NCBI GenBank assembly: GCA_947448395.1
Contig: CANFNA010000001.1
Span: 1 to 62,225, forward strand
DNA from: Chthoniobacteraceae bacterium
GTDB taxonomy: Bacteria > Verrucomicrobiota > Verrucomicrobiia > Chthoniobacterales > Chthoniobacteraceae
Length of the DNA: 62,225 nt
Reading direction: 5' to 3'
Below are positions 27,694 to 37,273 of this stretch, piece after piece. Position 1 is the first letter of the stretch. Every line of letters starts with the position of its first letter. Below the pieces are notes generated by a model. The model made no database searches and had not been told where the DNA came from. It worked only from the letters and a program-made list of their open reading frames with translations. The translations under genes and the position numbers were made by a program.

Positions 27694-28290
27694 TCATGCA
27701 GGGTTCCCTGGGTGGGAAGAGTTTGTTCGGTGAGAGGTTTTTTTGCGCATTTTGGAAACGAAAACCCAAACCGTGATTCCCAAAACGAAAGCCGCAAGCA
27801 AGAGACGTTGCGCAAGAACGACATTATGTTTTAGAGCCTCAAGACGGTCATCAAAGACGTATCCGAGGCACGCCAGCAAGAGTGCCCATGGAATCAAACC
27901 AGTGAGATCAGCGAGCCAAAACCGTAAGAGGGATAGCTTTTGGAGTCCCCAAAAAATGAGTGTTGGATATCGCGTGCCATAAAGAGGCCGACAAAGGGCC
28001 AGTTGCCAGTAGCCGGCCTTTTTTGAAAGGGCCTCTACACGATTTGCCACTTTCTGATAGGACGGACGCGACCGAACCCAGTCCGCGCGCTGATGAACCA
28101 CGTAGAAAAGTACCGTGTCATGCATAATGGCGCCAAGCATCGCTGCGGGCAAACAGGAGCCGAGGTGGACGCTCCCCGCATGTCCAAGGGCGCCCAAGAT
28201 CAAAAATATGAAGTCGGTGTCGATGGTAGCCCAAAGAAAGGCCAGCCAGAAACCATGGGTCTTCAGAAGATCGAGGAATTGATCAAGCAT
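27694..28290 (-). CDS. DedA/VTT-family membrane protein
   Basis: Multi-TM protein with a DedA-like core (FWLAFLWATIDTDFIFLILGAL...PLYGTRYPTLIFWGLQKLSLLRF). Start re-picked at MLDQFLDLL (ATG 28290), because the longer ORF overlaps the divergent gene's upstream region. The true start is uncertain (ATG at 28356 is possible). Confidence 0.55.
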   Translation of the reverse strand: MLDQFLDLLKTHGFWLAFLWATIDTDFIFLILGALGHAGSVHLGSCLPAAMLGAIMHDTVLFYVVHQRADWVRSRPSYQKVANRVEALSKKAGYWQLALCRPLYGTRYPTLIFWGLQKLSLLRFWLADLTGLIPWALLLACLGYVFDDRLEALKHNVVLAQRLLLAAFVLGITVWVFVSKMRKKTSHRTNSSHPGNPA

Positions 28291-28449
28291 CAATCGGGGG
28301 AAGGAGAGGGCGCAGTGTGTGGCCCGCGCGAGTCCGACGCCACAAAAACAAGCCATGAGGGTGTTAAAATCCTGCGGACGGGGCCGATCATCAGCTGCGC
28401 ATCGCGCCTTGCCTCTGCTTCCGCCGAAACTATACAGGAATCGCCCCCT

Positions 28450-29526
28450 ATGAGAATCCAGCACCTTCCTTCCTTCGCGTTCTTGCTCCTCTTCGTCTCG
28501 ACATTAACGTGCGATGCGGCAGCGCCCGGACTGCAAGGACTAGCCTTTCGCGATCCGACACCCAAAGTGCACGACTTTAGCGCCCGTGCTAGCGAGATAG
28601 ACGCAAGAGCCAAACCTCACCCAGAGATCCAATTTGACTTTACCAAGGATGGAAAGCCGACGGACACGGAACATGCCAGTGTGGACACAAGAGTGGCGCC
28701 TCGAGGACAGTTAGTTGTCTGGTTGATGGGTTATAATGCGGCGCTGTTTGAGAGGCTTAATAGTTACGGGCTACACGCCATTCAGGTGAGCTATGCAAAC
28801 GGCTGGTTTTCAAAGTTAAACAAGGAACCAGCGCCGGCAGATGAGCAGTATCTGGGCAATATTCGACTCGAAGCCACCTCGGGGGTGAATGCCAGCGAGG
28901 CGGTGGATATACCGGTTCCAGACTCGATGCAGGAACGAGCGTTCGAGTTTGTAAAATGGCTGGCGAAGAAGAATCCGGAGGCGCGGTGGGATTATTTTCT
29001 GACGCCGGATGGCAAAGGTCTAGATTGGGAGAAGGTCATCGTTTCCGGCGCTTCCCATGGCGCCACGTCTTCAGCCCGCTTTGCGATTCATCAAAAAGTC
29101 GCTCGATGTGTGATGCTGTGTGGTCCTCGTGACCAGTACGAATCGTGGCAAGGGCTTCCTTCAGCCACCCCGAAAAACCGCTTTTTCGGATATAGTCACA
29201 CGCTCGATGGAGGATGGTCTGCAGACCATTATCCGAGGTCTTGGCTCCTTCTGGGATTGAACCAATTTGGTCCGATCGTGAATACGGACGAGGCCAAGGC
29301 GCCTTTCGGGCATTCTCGAAGACTCATTACGTCGGCCGATGTTAAGGGGGATGACAAAAAGGCTCACAGTTATGTGACGCCGAATGCAAAGAATTCTCCT
29401 CGGGATGCTTCAGGAAACTATGTTCAGGACGAAGTGTGGCGCTACCTCTACACCTCTCCAGTGGACGAGGTGGGTCACGCAGTTCCTCCGGAGACCGTCA
29501 CGCGGATGAATCTCCGAACGAAATAG
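28450..29526 (+). CDS. secreted hypothetical protein, possible alpha/beta hydrolase
   Basis: Start re-picked at MRIQHLPSFAFLLLFVSTLTCDAAAP (signal peptide). The upstream 119 codons of the ORF run antisense to the DedA gene. VIVSGASHGATS resembles a GxSxG nucleophile elbow. No firm family call. Confidence 0.45.
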   Translation: MRIQHLPSFAFLLLFVSTLTCDAAAPGLQGLAFRDPTPKVHDFSARASEIDARAKPHPEIQFDFTKDGKPTDTEHASVDTRVAPRGQLVVWLMGYNAALFERLNSYGLHAIQVSYANGWFSKLNKEPAPADEQYLGNIRLEATSGVNASEAVDIPVPDSMQERAFEFVKWLAKKNPEARWDYFLTPDGKGLDWEKVIVSGASHGATSSARFAIHQKVARCVMLCGPRDQYESWQGLPSATPKNRFFGYSHTLDGGWSADHYPRSWLLLGLNQFGPIVNTDEAKAPFGHSRRLITSADVKGDDKKAHSYVTPNAKNSPRDASGNYVQDEVWRYLYTSPVDEVGHAVPPETVTRMNLRTK

Positions 29527-29554
29527 CAGGCTGTCGAAAGGACGGGGTGTTTTT

Positions 29555-29803
29555 ATGCGCTACTTGAAGTCTTTACTGGTCGTTATCCTTGGGGTGATTG
29601 CCGGCGTTTACCTCATTAATCCAGGCGCTGGCATTTTTGAAATCATCCCAGACAACATCCCATTCATTGGAAATTTAGACGAAGCTGCAGCAACAGTGCT
29701 CCTCCTCAACTGTCTGGCGTATTTCGGCTTGGATATCCGCCATCTTCTAGGTCGCAGTTCCCCAGAAAAGTCGACCTCTTCCGAAAACAGGAGACCCAGA
29801 TGA
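29555..29803 (+). CDS. small membrane protein, DUF1232 (YkvA)-like
   Basis: YLINPGAGIFEIIPDNIPFIGNLDEAAATVLLLNCL matches the DUF1232 signature (DLIPDxIPxxGxxDD). Confidence 0.6.
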   Translation: MRYLKSLLVVILGVIAGVYLINPGAGIFEIIPDNIPFIGNLDEAAATVLLLNCLAYFGLDIRHLLGRSSPEKSTSSENRRPR

Positions 29804-29822
29804 TGAACGTGGGCCGGTCTCT

Positions 29823-30959
29823 TTAGGATTCTGGTGGCGGGAATCCGGGAATGGCCAGACGATGTGCGATTCTCTTGGAACGCAGCAACGCCTCGCGCAT
29901 CCTTTCTGCCTCATCTCCGCTTCGAAGATCCGAGCAGTCTGGATGAGACTCGGCAGAGGCGATGACACCCATTTGGTGGAGGAGATGAGCGGTGCTGTGC
30001 TTGTACGCTGCCGCACTCCCTCGCGCATCCAGTCGGAACACCTGATCCTCCAGGGACTGAAAGGCCTCGAACAGTTTGTAAACGCGCGTGTCAAAGGTTC
30101 CTGTTCCTGTTGGAAAGCGTTTCTGTGGCACGTCGTCAGACAGCCACATGTCTTTCGCAGCGCAGATGAGAGGGGCTGCACTACTTGCCGCGCCAATAAG
30201 GAGAGGCAGACCTGTTTTGATTGCCGTTGCGATGCCAAAATCGTCTCCGCTATGAGGCTGAAAATCGAGTTTCAGGTCTTTGCACATGGCCGCCCAATAC
30301 AAGAAGTGAGGTTCGTCGAGTGTGCTGATTTTGCCTCCCACAAATTTCGGATGTTGGGCTAACTGCCACAGAAGCCATGGTTCATACGGGGTCGCCCACG
30401 GAACGAACGAAGGTTCCAATGCATGAACGATTCCCGGCCGGACCAGCCATTCGGCAATTTCGAAGTACCCGTCGCGCCGCCGCTCTGGATCCAGACTGTT
30501 AAGCCAACGCGAAGTCATGATCATCACTTCGCAATGGTCGTGTTGCTGTACGATATCAAGCAGCGGCCGATAACGCTCTGCGAGAAATCTTGTATCTGAA
30601 TCGGCGCCTCTGGCGGTGATACCAGCAATAAATTTGGATGCAGGAAAGGCCGTCCGGAACTGCTTTAAAACCTCTGTGTACAAGGCGTCATCCAGATTGA
30701 AAATGTAGCCGGTGTCGGCGTTCAGCACTGGGACAAATTCAACCCCATAATAATCCGCTGCCGATTGCATCCAGTGGATGCTCGCAATGAAACTCTTCCA
30801 ATCGGGTTTTCCGTTTTGGAAAGGAAGCAATACAGCCGAGCATAACCGAGCCTTAGTGTGATGATCTGCGAGAGATTCCTCGCACGTCCATGCCCATTTG
30901 GTCTGCTGCCACGTTGTAGCAGGAGTGAGCTGTGAAGGGTCTGAAATGAGAGGGTTCAT
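29823..30959 (-). CDS. hypothetical protein, possibly a DapA/aldolase-like TIM-barrel enzyme
   Basis: Start re-picked at MNPLISDP; its ATG shares one nt with the stop of the upstream oxidoreductase gene (TGATG). There is weak DHDPS-family resemblance (AVLLPFQNGKPDWKSFIASIHW...VPVLNADTGYIFNL). Third gene of the LysR-linked operon. Confidence 0.4.
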   Translation of the reverse strand: MNPLISDPSQLTPATTWQQTKWAWTCEESLADHHTKARLCSAVLLPFQNGKPDWKSFIASIHWMQSAADYYGVEFVPVLNADTGYIFNLDDALYTEVLKQFRTAFPASKFIAGITARGADSDTRFLAERYRPLLDIVQQHDHCEVMIMTSRWLNSLDPERRRDGYFEIAEWLVRPGIVHALEPSFVPWATPYEPWLLWQLAQHPKFVGGKISTLDEPHFLYWAAMCKDLKLDFQPHSGDDFGIATAIKTGLPLLIGAASSAAPLICAAKDMWLSDDVPQKRFPTGTGTFDTRVYKLFEAFQSLEDQVFRLDARGSAAAYKHSTAHLLHQMGVIASAESHPDCSDLRSGDEAERMREALLRSKRIAHRLAIPGFPPPES

Positions 30960-32113
30960 CAGACGAGATCCTCCACAGGCAGCCATTGACGTTGCTCCCA
31001 ACTCTTGAGTCCCAGTTCTGCGAGTTGCACGCCTTTGGCGCCTTCGCGAAGGGTCCACGGGAAAGGGGTATCCAAGGCGACGTGCTTCAAGAACGCCTCC
31101 CACTGAATTTTGAATGCATTGTCATAGTTGGAACAGTCGGGGACCTCCTGCCAACCATTGAAGAAGTTGATGGGTTGGTCGATATCAGGATTCCAAGTTG
31201 GGCGTGGCGTGGTTCCTAAACTCTGAACCCAGCACTTGCGAAGGCCCACGATCGCACTCCCGTGGGTGCCATCGACCTGCATGGTCAAAAGATCATCCCT
31301 GCGGACGCGGACGGTCCATGAGCTGTTGAACTGACACACGACCCCGTTTTCGCACTCAAAGGTGGCGTAGCAGGAATCGTCACTCGTGCAGGCGTACGGT
31401 ACCCCATGCTCATCCAAGCGTTTCGGGAGATGCGTGGCTCCGAGGCAACTGACGGCCTTCACCTTACCGAATAGGTTGTCGATCACGTAGCGCCAGTGGC
31501 AAAGCATGTCGACGATGATCCCGCCGCCGTCTTCCTTACGATAATTCCACGAGGGACGTTGCGCAGGTTGGTCTGCATTCTCACCGGTGAACACCCAATA
31601 ACCGAACTCTCCACGAACGCTGAGGATTTGACCGAAGAACCCTTGATCCTTCAAAAGTTGGAATTTGCGGATTCCTGTCAGCCAGAGTTTGTCCTGAACC
31701 ACCCCATTTTTGAGCCCAGCATCTTCACAAAGCTTGGCGAGCCGCAATGCCTCGGCGGATTCAACGGCTGTTGGCTTTTCGCAATAAATCGCCTTCCGAG
31801 CCTTCACCGCCTTCTCAACAAAACCCGCACGTTGAAGGGTCCCGCTGGCATCAAAAAAAATCTCATCGGCCGGATTCGCCAGCGCGGCGTCCAAATCGGT
31901 CGTGTAACGGGTGATCCCAGTTCGCTCCGCAAGGATGCGCAGTTTATCGTGATTTCGTCCCGTAAGAATGGGGTCTGGCATGAGCACGAGATCGTCGCCG
32001 ACACGGACTCCGCCCTGATCGCGGATGGCCTTGATGGAACGGATCAAGTGTTGGTTGGTGCCCATGCGTCCAGTGACGCCATTCATGATAATGCCGATGC
32101 GTTGGGTTTTCAT
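30959..32113 (-). CDS. Gfo/Idh/MocA-family NAD(P)-dependent oxidoreductase
   Basis: Rossmann start RIGIIMNGVTGRMG, the EKP motif (AIYCEKPTAVES), and a family-typical C-terminal alpha/beta domain. Confidence 0.85.
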   Translation of the reverse strand: MKTQRIGIIMNGVTGRMGTNQHLIRSIKAIRDQGGVRVGDDLVLMPDPILTGRNHDKLRILAERTGITRYTTDLDAALANPADEIFFDASGTLQRAGFVEKAVKARKAIYCEKPTAVESAEALRLAKLCEDAGLKNGVVQDKLWLTGIRKFQLLKDQGFFGQILSVRGEFGYWVFTGENADQPAQRPSWNYRKEDGGGIIVDMLCHWRYVIDNLFGKVKAVSCLGATHLPKRLDEHGVPYACTSDDSCYATFECENGVVCQFNSSWTVRVRRDDLLTMQVDGTHGSAIVGLRKCWVQSLGTTPRPTWNPDIDQPINFFNGWQEVPDCSNYDNAFKIQWEAFLKHVALDTPFPWTLREGAKGVQLAELGLKSWEQRQWLPVEDLV

Positions 32114-32136
32114 AATAGTCAGGTTTGGAATTGGTT

Positions 32137-33000
32137 TTAGTGACGGACGTGGTGACTCGAATGCGAATTGCTACCCAAGGCCTCTGCCGAGTAGACGCGC
32201 TCATAGCTTTTTGCGATCTGATCGAGGAAGACGGTCTGGTCAGTGTTCCACCAGCGGTCTGAAAAAATTTCCACCTCGCGGTAACCTTCGAAACCTGCGG
32301 CATCAACCCACTCACTGATTTCACGGACGGGGATGCACCCTTCCCCCATCAGGCCCCGATCATTGAGGAGATCGGTAGTAGGGACTCGCCAATCGCAGAT
32401 ATGGAGGGCGTGTAAACGGTTTAAGGAGGCGGAGTGTTGGATCTGTTGCTGAAGCTCGGGGTCCCACCAGACGTGGTAGACATCGAGAGCAATTCCCACC
32501 GAGGCAGGAGACCCTAGGGCATCGCAGATCTCGTTGGCTTGGCGCATGGTGTTCACGGCACTTCTGGTGTCCGCATACATTGGGTGGAGTGGCTCAACGG
32601 AAAGTTTGACGCCAGCCTGCTCCGCTATTGGGAGGACTGCAGCGATGCCGTCGGTGATTTGTTTTCGTGACTCAGCCAAGGACTGCCCAGGAAATGCTCC
32701 GCAAACGAGCACGATGATTGGCGCTCCAAGGGAGTGCGCTTGGCCGATAGCCCGAAGATTGTCGTCTATGGCAGCTTGCCGACCTGCGACTGTGGTGTGA
32801 GGGAAAAACCCACCCCGACACAAGCTCACGAGCTGCAAGCCTTCCTCTTTAACCTGACGGGCAACCGATGTGCAGTTGCGTCCCTCCAGCGTTTGGCGCC
32901 AAATGGTGATGCCTTCCACGCCGTGCTTGGGATATTCCAACAGACACTGCTCAAGGGAAAGGGGTTTGGTGGTGATGGTATGCACGCAGAGTCTGTTCAT
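32137..33000 (-). CDS. sugar phosphate isomerase/epimerase (xylose isomerase-like TIM barrel)
   Basis: Typical family layout (LCVHTITTKP...GVEGITIW...IVLVCG...LSVEPLHP...IALDVYHVWWD...HICDW...GEGCIP). Confidence 0.8.
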   Translation of the reverse strand: MNRLCVHTITTKPLSLEQCLLEYPKHGVEGITIWRQTLEGRNCTSVARQVKEEGLQLVSLCRGGFFPHTTVAGRQAAIDDNLRAIGQAHSLGAPIIVLVCGAFPGQSLAESRKQITDGIAAVLPIAEQAGVKLSVEPLHPMYADTRSAVNTMRQANEICDALGSPASVGIALDVYHVWWDPELQQQIQHSASLNRLHALHICDWRVPTTDLLNDRGLMGEGCIPVREISEWVDAAGFEGYREVEIFSDRWWNTDQTVFLDQIAKSYERVYSAEALGSNSHSSHHVRH

Positions 33001-33074
33001 AACGCTCAGGAGCTTAGCGAATGTAAACGCGCTGGTAAAACATGTCTTTCCGGCGCTAGCCTTCGGAAAAACCG

Positions 33075-33971
33075 ATGGATTTATATCAATTGGAATATTT
33101 CTTGGAAGCTGCGAGGCAGCGTAGTTTCACGCGTGCAGCGGAAAAACTTCACTTGGCGCAGGCTGCTCTCAGTGAGCAGATGAGAAAGTTGGAGTTGGAT
33201 CTGGGAGCCGTTTTGTTTCATCGATCGCGTCGGGAAACTACATTGACCGCTGCCGGTGAAGCTTTGCGAGGGCACGCAGAGATCCTGATTACTCAGGCAC
33301 AGACTGCGCGGCGAGCGGTGTCGGATGTTGAGATGCTGCGTGGTGGTCGCCTAGTGATTGGGGCGATCCCGTCGGTGAGTGCTTGTGTCTTGCCTGGAGT
33401 CATTGCGGAGTTCCGGCGTCAGTATCCGGCTGTGGAACTTTCTTTGCTCGAGGGAACTTCCGAGAGCGTCGCCCAGTGGGTGGAACTTGGGCGGGTGGAT
33501 TTGGGAGTGGTTCAAATGCCGGCTGTTGGGGGGCGTTTTGAGGAGACGGAGTTATTTGCGGAGCCGTTTGTTCTATTGGTTTCGCATGGTCATGGGCTGG
33601 CAGGACGCCGCCGTGTGCTATTGGCGGAGGTCGCTGGGGAGAGTTTTGTGTTTTATCGTGGTCGAGCCCGAGATACGGCACAAGCGGCCTGTCGAGCCGC
33701 TGGGTTTGAACCGCGAATCGCTTGTGAGAGTAGTGAACTGGAGACGATCCGATCCCTCGTAGATTCGGGATTGGGAATCGCGCTTTTGCCGGAGCTGGCT
33801 ACGCGGAATGCGAAAGGAAAGTGTGCCGTCATTCGGCTATCGGGCGAGGTTCCCAAACGCCGGGTGGCCACGCTGCAAAAATCCGGACAGCCGCCTTCTC
33901 CGAGTGCGGCGGTCTTCAAGAGTCTATTGGTGACCCAGACAAGGAAGGCGCATAAAAAATCCGGACGTTGA
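33075..33971 (+). CDS. LysR-family transcriptional regulator
   Basis: MDLYQLEYFLEAARQRSFTRAAEKLHLAQAALSEQMRKLELDLGAVLFHRSRRETTLTAAGEAL is a canonical LysR wHTH. It is divergent from the isomerase/oxidoreductase operon (74-bp intergenic). Confidence 0.9.
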   Translation: MDLYQLEYFLEAARQRSFTRAAEKLHLAQAALSEQMRKLELDLGAVLFHRSRRETTLTAAGEALRGHAEILITQAQTARRAVSDVEMLRGGRLVIGAIPSVSACVLPGVIAEFRRQYPAVELSLLEGTSESVAQWVELGRVDLGVVQMPAVGGRFEETELFAEPFVLLVSHGHGLAGRRRVLLAEVAGESFVFYRGRARDTAQAACRAAGFEPRIACESSELETIRSLVDSGLGIALLPELATRNAKGKCAVIRLSGEVPKRRVATLQKSGQPPSPSAAVFKSLLVTQTRKAHKKSGR

Positions 33972-33979
33972 GAGCAAAA

Positions 33980-34792
33980 TTATGAATGGAACCGGATAGG
34001 GGGGGGGGGCGGTCCGACCCGTTCAACGGCGGCCTCTGGGATTCCGGCTGGTATTTCAATCTCCGTTGGAATTTGAAGCGGTGGCAGGCTACCACGGAAT
34101 GGCTCGTTCGTTTTTGGGGAGTGTAAGGTCTGCTTAGGGACTGTTTCTTGGGCCGCTCTTGCCGGAGCAGTTCCGGGAGCGGAAAGCGGTCTAGTTGGAG
34201 CTGAAGCTGCGGCAGTGCTGGGAGCGGCAGCCTGGGAAGCAGAGGAAGTCACTTCTGGTGTGTGTGTTGTTGCCGGCTGCTGGTTAGAGAGGGTGTGTTG
34301 GGTAGTGGAGGCTGAAGAGACTGAATGTTGAAGAGTTTTGGGGAGAGACGGGGGCGCTTCAAGGGACTCGGGTGTAGTCTCTTTGTCGGGAGTGGACTGA
34401 GGTGCTTGATGGTGATGGACCGTGATTTTCGGTGAGACGCAGGCGAACAAGCTCACTGGAATGAAGAGCATTCCATTTAGCGCAATGAATGTCGGTAGAG
34501 AGTTCCATGCGCCATCTAAGTTCCCCCCCACCAGAGACGAGCCCATCAGGGTGAAAGAAGACAGAGCCTCCTCTAGGGCCGCTTCGGGCGTGTCTACCAG
34601 ACCGGCTTGGAACAAAAGGAGCGCCCACGCGCCAATTTGCACTATCGCTAGAAAAAAGACCCGCCAGACCGCGCGCATTCTTTCTCCGGGACCATATGAG
34701 GTTGAGGGGAGAGACGGCGATAGCGCTGCGCAGAGCGACAGGTTGGCAAGGAGCACTAACAATCCAATTCCAAGAAAGACGAGCGAACTCAT
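33980..34792 (-). CDS. hypothetical membrane protein with a Ser/Thr/Pro/Ala-rich tail
   Basis: The N-terminal half has 3-4 predicted TM helices. The C-terminal half is low complexity. It ends in a PPPPP run encoded by the G11 tract. No family recognised. Confidence 0.4.
   Translation of the reverse strand: MSSLVFLGIGLLVLLANLSLCAALSPSLPSTSYGPGERMRAVWRVFFLAIVQIGAWALLLFQAGLVDTPEAALEEALSSFTLMGSSLVGGNLDGAWNSLPTFIALNGMLFIPVSLFACVSPKITVHHHQAPQSTPDKETTPESLEAPPSLPKTLQHSVSSASTTQHTLSNQQPATTHTPEVTSSASQAAAPSTAAASAPTRPLSAPGTAPARAAQETVPKQTLHSPKTNEPFRGSLPPLQIPTEIEIPAGIPEAAVERVGPPPPPIRFHS
33999..34009. repeat. homopolymeric G11 (C11 on the coding strand) tract
   Basis: Eleven consecutive G read directly at 33999-34009. 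They lie 6-10 codons before the stop of the 33980..34792 CDS. Confidence 0.95.
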
Positions 34793-34928
34793 GGTTCTCT
34801 AAAGAGGGCATGAGCTGTGTCTCGCAGCAAGGGAGAACCGCAAAGAGGCCCATAGTTGCCCTAGATTTTTACTACCGGCGGCTTCCCTGTTCCTTTCTGG
34901 ACTCGGGAGGAATGAAAAAGTCTGGAAA

Positions 34929-35987
34929 TCACGCAGCCGTGGACGGGGTGTTTCCGTTGAGCGTGACTTCGCCTGCAGAGAACATTTGCAGCGATCCATC
35001 GTCGAGAAGCATTTGAAGATGCCCCTCCTCGTCAAATCCCACAACGGTCCCAGAAACTCGCCCAATAAGAGAATGCACGTCAATCCGACGGTTAATAACG
35101 CAGCTGCGTTTCTCGAGTTCTCGAAGAATTTGTGGAAAAGAGTCCCCAACTAGGGACAACGACCGCTCGAGCTCATCCAGGAGTGCCGCCGCGAAAGCCG
35201 GGCGGTCCACGTTTCTGTTCAGGGCAATTTTGAGGGAAGTGGCACGGTCACGAAGCTCATCGGGAAAGCAGCTCTGGTTGGCGTTAATGCCGATTCCGAG
35301 CACTGCGAATGGCGATCCAGAGACGTGTGCAGTTTCAACTAAAACGCCGCACACCTTCTTTCCGTCCAGGAGAACATCATTTGGCCATTTTACGGCCGGT
35401 TGAAGACCGAGGTGTTTTTCCAAGCAAAGTGTAACAGCGAGGCCGGCCGCGGAGGTAATTCGAGACCAGTGCAAAAAAGGAATTTCAGGCCGAACCAGCA
35501 CCGATAACCAGACGCCTTCACCGGGCGCGGACATCCATTTTCTCCCGAAGCGTCCTCTTCCTGCGGTTTGGGACTCTGCGAGAATGGCTAACGGTCCCTC
35601 GGCACCGTTGATTCCCCGCTGCATGGCCAGATCATTGGTTGAGGTCGTGCTTTGAAAAACGGTGATCTCTCGCAGCCATCGGCATTGCATGCGAGAAAGA
35701 AGGTCATCCCCAATGAGTTTGTCTGGGGACGATCGCAGGTTCAGACCACGCAGGGGATGAATTTCTATTTCGAAACCTGCCGAGTGGAGTGCTTCCAAGG
35801 AAGACTCCAATTCCCTCGGTGTGAGGCCGAGTTGCTGGGCCAATTCGCTTTGCAGCATGTCGCCTGCTCTGAGCAGAGAGAGCAAACGTGCATCGACGGG
35901 CAGTTCTTTGTGCAGGTCTGGAGGCACGGTGGTGAGGTCTGCTAAGGCTCCACTTCCTGTCGTACGCGGTTGAGCACATCGCCCCAT
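34929..35987 (-). CDS. birA: bifunctional biotin--[acetyl-CoA-carboxylase] ligase / repressor BirA
   Basis: N-terminal wHTH (LQSELAQQLGLTPRELESSLEALHSAGFEIE). BirA signature QTAGRGRFGRKWMSAPG. Biotin-ligase core and C-terminal SH3-like tail. The start is uncertain: ATG 35987 overlaps the upstream gene by 46 nt, and GTG at 35927 is an alternative. Confidence 0.85.
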   Translation of the reverse strand: MGRCAQPRTTGSGALADLTTVPPDLHKELPVDARLLSLLRAGDMLQSELAQQLGLTPRELESSLEALHSAGFEIEIHPLRGLNLRSSPDKLIGDDLLSRMQCRWLREITVFQSTTSTNDLAMQRGINGAEGPLAILAESQTAGRGRFGRKWMSAPGEGVWLSVLVRPEIPFLHWSRITSAAGLAVTLCLEKHLGLQPAVKWPNDVLLDGKKVCGVLVETAHVSGSPFAVLGIGINANQSCFPDELRDRATSLKIALNRNVDRPAFAAALLDELERSLSLVGDSFPQILRELEKRSCVINRRIDVHSLIGRVSGTVVGFDEEGHLQMLLDDGSLQMFSAGEVTLNGNTPSTAA

Positions 35988-37273
35988 GCCAGCATTTCGA
36001 TCTCTCGACCGGCAGATCTCTGAAAGCCTTCCTTGAGAAGCGCTGCCTCAATACCGGGCATGTGGAGGGCGCCCCAGGGAACCAGCACATGATCACAAGT
36101 TGGCAGAGATTTTCGGATAGCCGTGAGAACCTTGGCATTGCGCAGCTCCAAAACGTCTTGCTGTAATTGTTTGAGATCTTTCTTCTGAAAATTGCATTTT
36201 GACAACCCATCTAGCGCACCGAGGAGATCCCCTTCCCCCCAGCGCTGCAAGTGGGTGGCAACCGTGTTGAGGATCTCGGTGGTTGATGCCGAAAACTCGG
36301 AGATATCTGCGTCACACACGCGCAATTCTGTATTTGGAGTCTTGCGTGAAAAGTCAGGCTGAACGGAGAGGCCCGCAGACTTTGCTGGGCCGGCGTAGCT
36401 CCATCGGGCTTTCAGAAGGCCCTTACGATCCGAGACTCCTTCGGGCAGAAGGACGCATTTTTGTGAGGGAAGCCCCTCCATTAGTTTGGAGTAAAAGGAC
36501 GGAGAGGCAACGTGCATCGTGGGTAGCAGATAGACCTTCTTGCCATCCCTTTCGTAGGTGCGCGCCTCGGCTTTGAGGCTCTGTAGATTCAGATGCAGAA
36601 ACCCATGTGTTCTCCAATTCACCATGACGTTGCACGACCAGCCGACATAGAGAACAGCGAAGGGAAATAGGACGCCCAACTTAAACAAGAACGCGATCAT
36701 GGTTCGCCCCAAAGAGAACTCCACGTCTTCAAAGGCGCGCTTGGGAATCCCAAGTGTTCCCCGGTGCAGACGGATCATTCCAATCGTCACGCCTGCTGTC
36801 ACCAAGGTGAGGCCGGCTCCTAAAAACTCGATGTTCTCCCAATCAAAAAGTCCAGGTAGTGGCAGATAGAGGAAGCGAGACCAGAAGGTGACGAGCAGAA
36901 CCAAGGATAACTCCCGCCACGGAAGGTGCCGATAACTGCTCATTAACAGGACTTGCGTGATAAACGCGATCGTCACCGACAACGCCGCCCACTTACTGAG
37001 TGCCTCCAATGCCGGAAGCGCCTGTGTAATGGCGGGAAACTGGGAAGCGAATTCGAGGAGACCCTCCAGGCAAAAGCAGATCAGGTAGCCATTTGCCACA
37101 GCCTGCAAAAAAGGGTGTGTTTTCTGGGCTGACCCCTTTGGGTGCCGAGGCAGCGGGGGCGGCATTTGCGATGAACTCTGATCCACGGCGTCCTTTTGAG
37201 GAAGTGGAGCTAGAGCGACCGGATCTGGAAACGGATCAGCGGGAGACGGAGAATCGGCAGCTGGAGGGACCAT
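35942..37273 (-). CDS. membrane protein with a TraB/GumN-like C-terminal domain
   Basis: Multi-TM N-half. C-half has KKVYLLPTMHVASPSFY...LLPEGVSD...HVLVPWGALHMPGIEAALLKEGF, resembling the TraB/PrgY/GumN pattern. Start re-picked at ATG 37273, because the longest ORF would overlap the divergent DUF5069 gene. ATG 37165 is also possible. Confidence 0.5.
   Translation of the reverse strand: MVPPAADSPSPADPFPDPVALAPLPQKDAVDQSSSQMPPPLPRHPKGSAQKTHPFLQAVANGYLICFCLEGLLEFASQFPAITQALPALEALSKWAALSVTIAFITQVLLMSSYRHLPWRELSLVLLVTFWSRFLYLPLPGLFDWENIEFLGAGLTLVTAGVTIGMIRLHRGTLGIPKRAFEDVEFSLGRTMIAFLFKLGVLFPFAVLYVGWSCNVMVNWRTHGFLHLNLQSLKAEARTYERDGKKVYLLPTMHVASPSFYSKLMEGLPSQKCVLLPEGVSDRKGLLKARWSYAGPAKSAGLSVQPDFSRKTPNTELRVCDADISEFSASTTEILNTVATHLQRWGEGDLLGALDGLSKCNFQKKDLKQLQQDVLELRNAKVLTAIRKSLPTCDHVLVPWGALHMPGIEAALLKEGFQRSAGREIEMLAWGDVLNRVRQEVEP

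Noticed and set aside
28093-28449. 119-codon N-terminal extension of ORF 28093..29526, and the matching long version of the DedA ORF up to 28464.
   Set aside because: The two extensions overlap each other antisense. A clean signal peptide begins at ATG 28450, and DedA-like sequence begins near ATG 28290. The shorter models leave a sensible 159-bp divergent promoter region.
34359-36210. Alternative-frame ORFs 34359..34853, 34799..35149 and 35704..36210 around the membrane-protein, birA and TraB-like genes.
   Set aside because: They overlap better-supported genes, have Arg/Ser-rich shadow-frame composition, and lack motifs.
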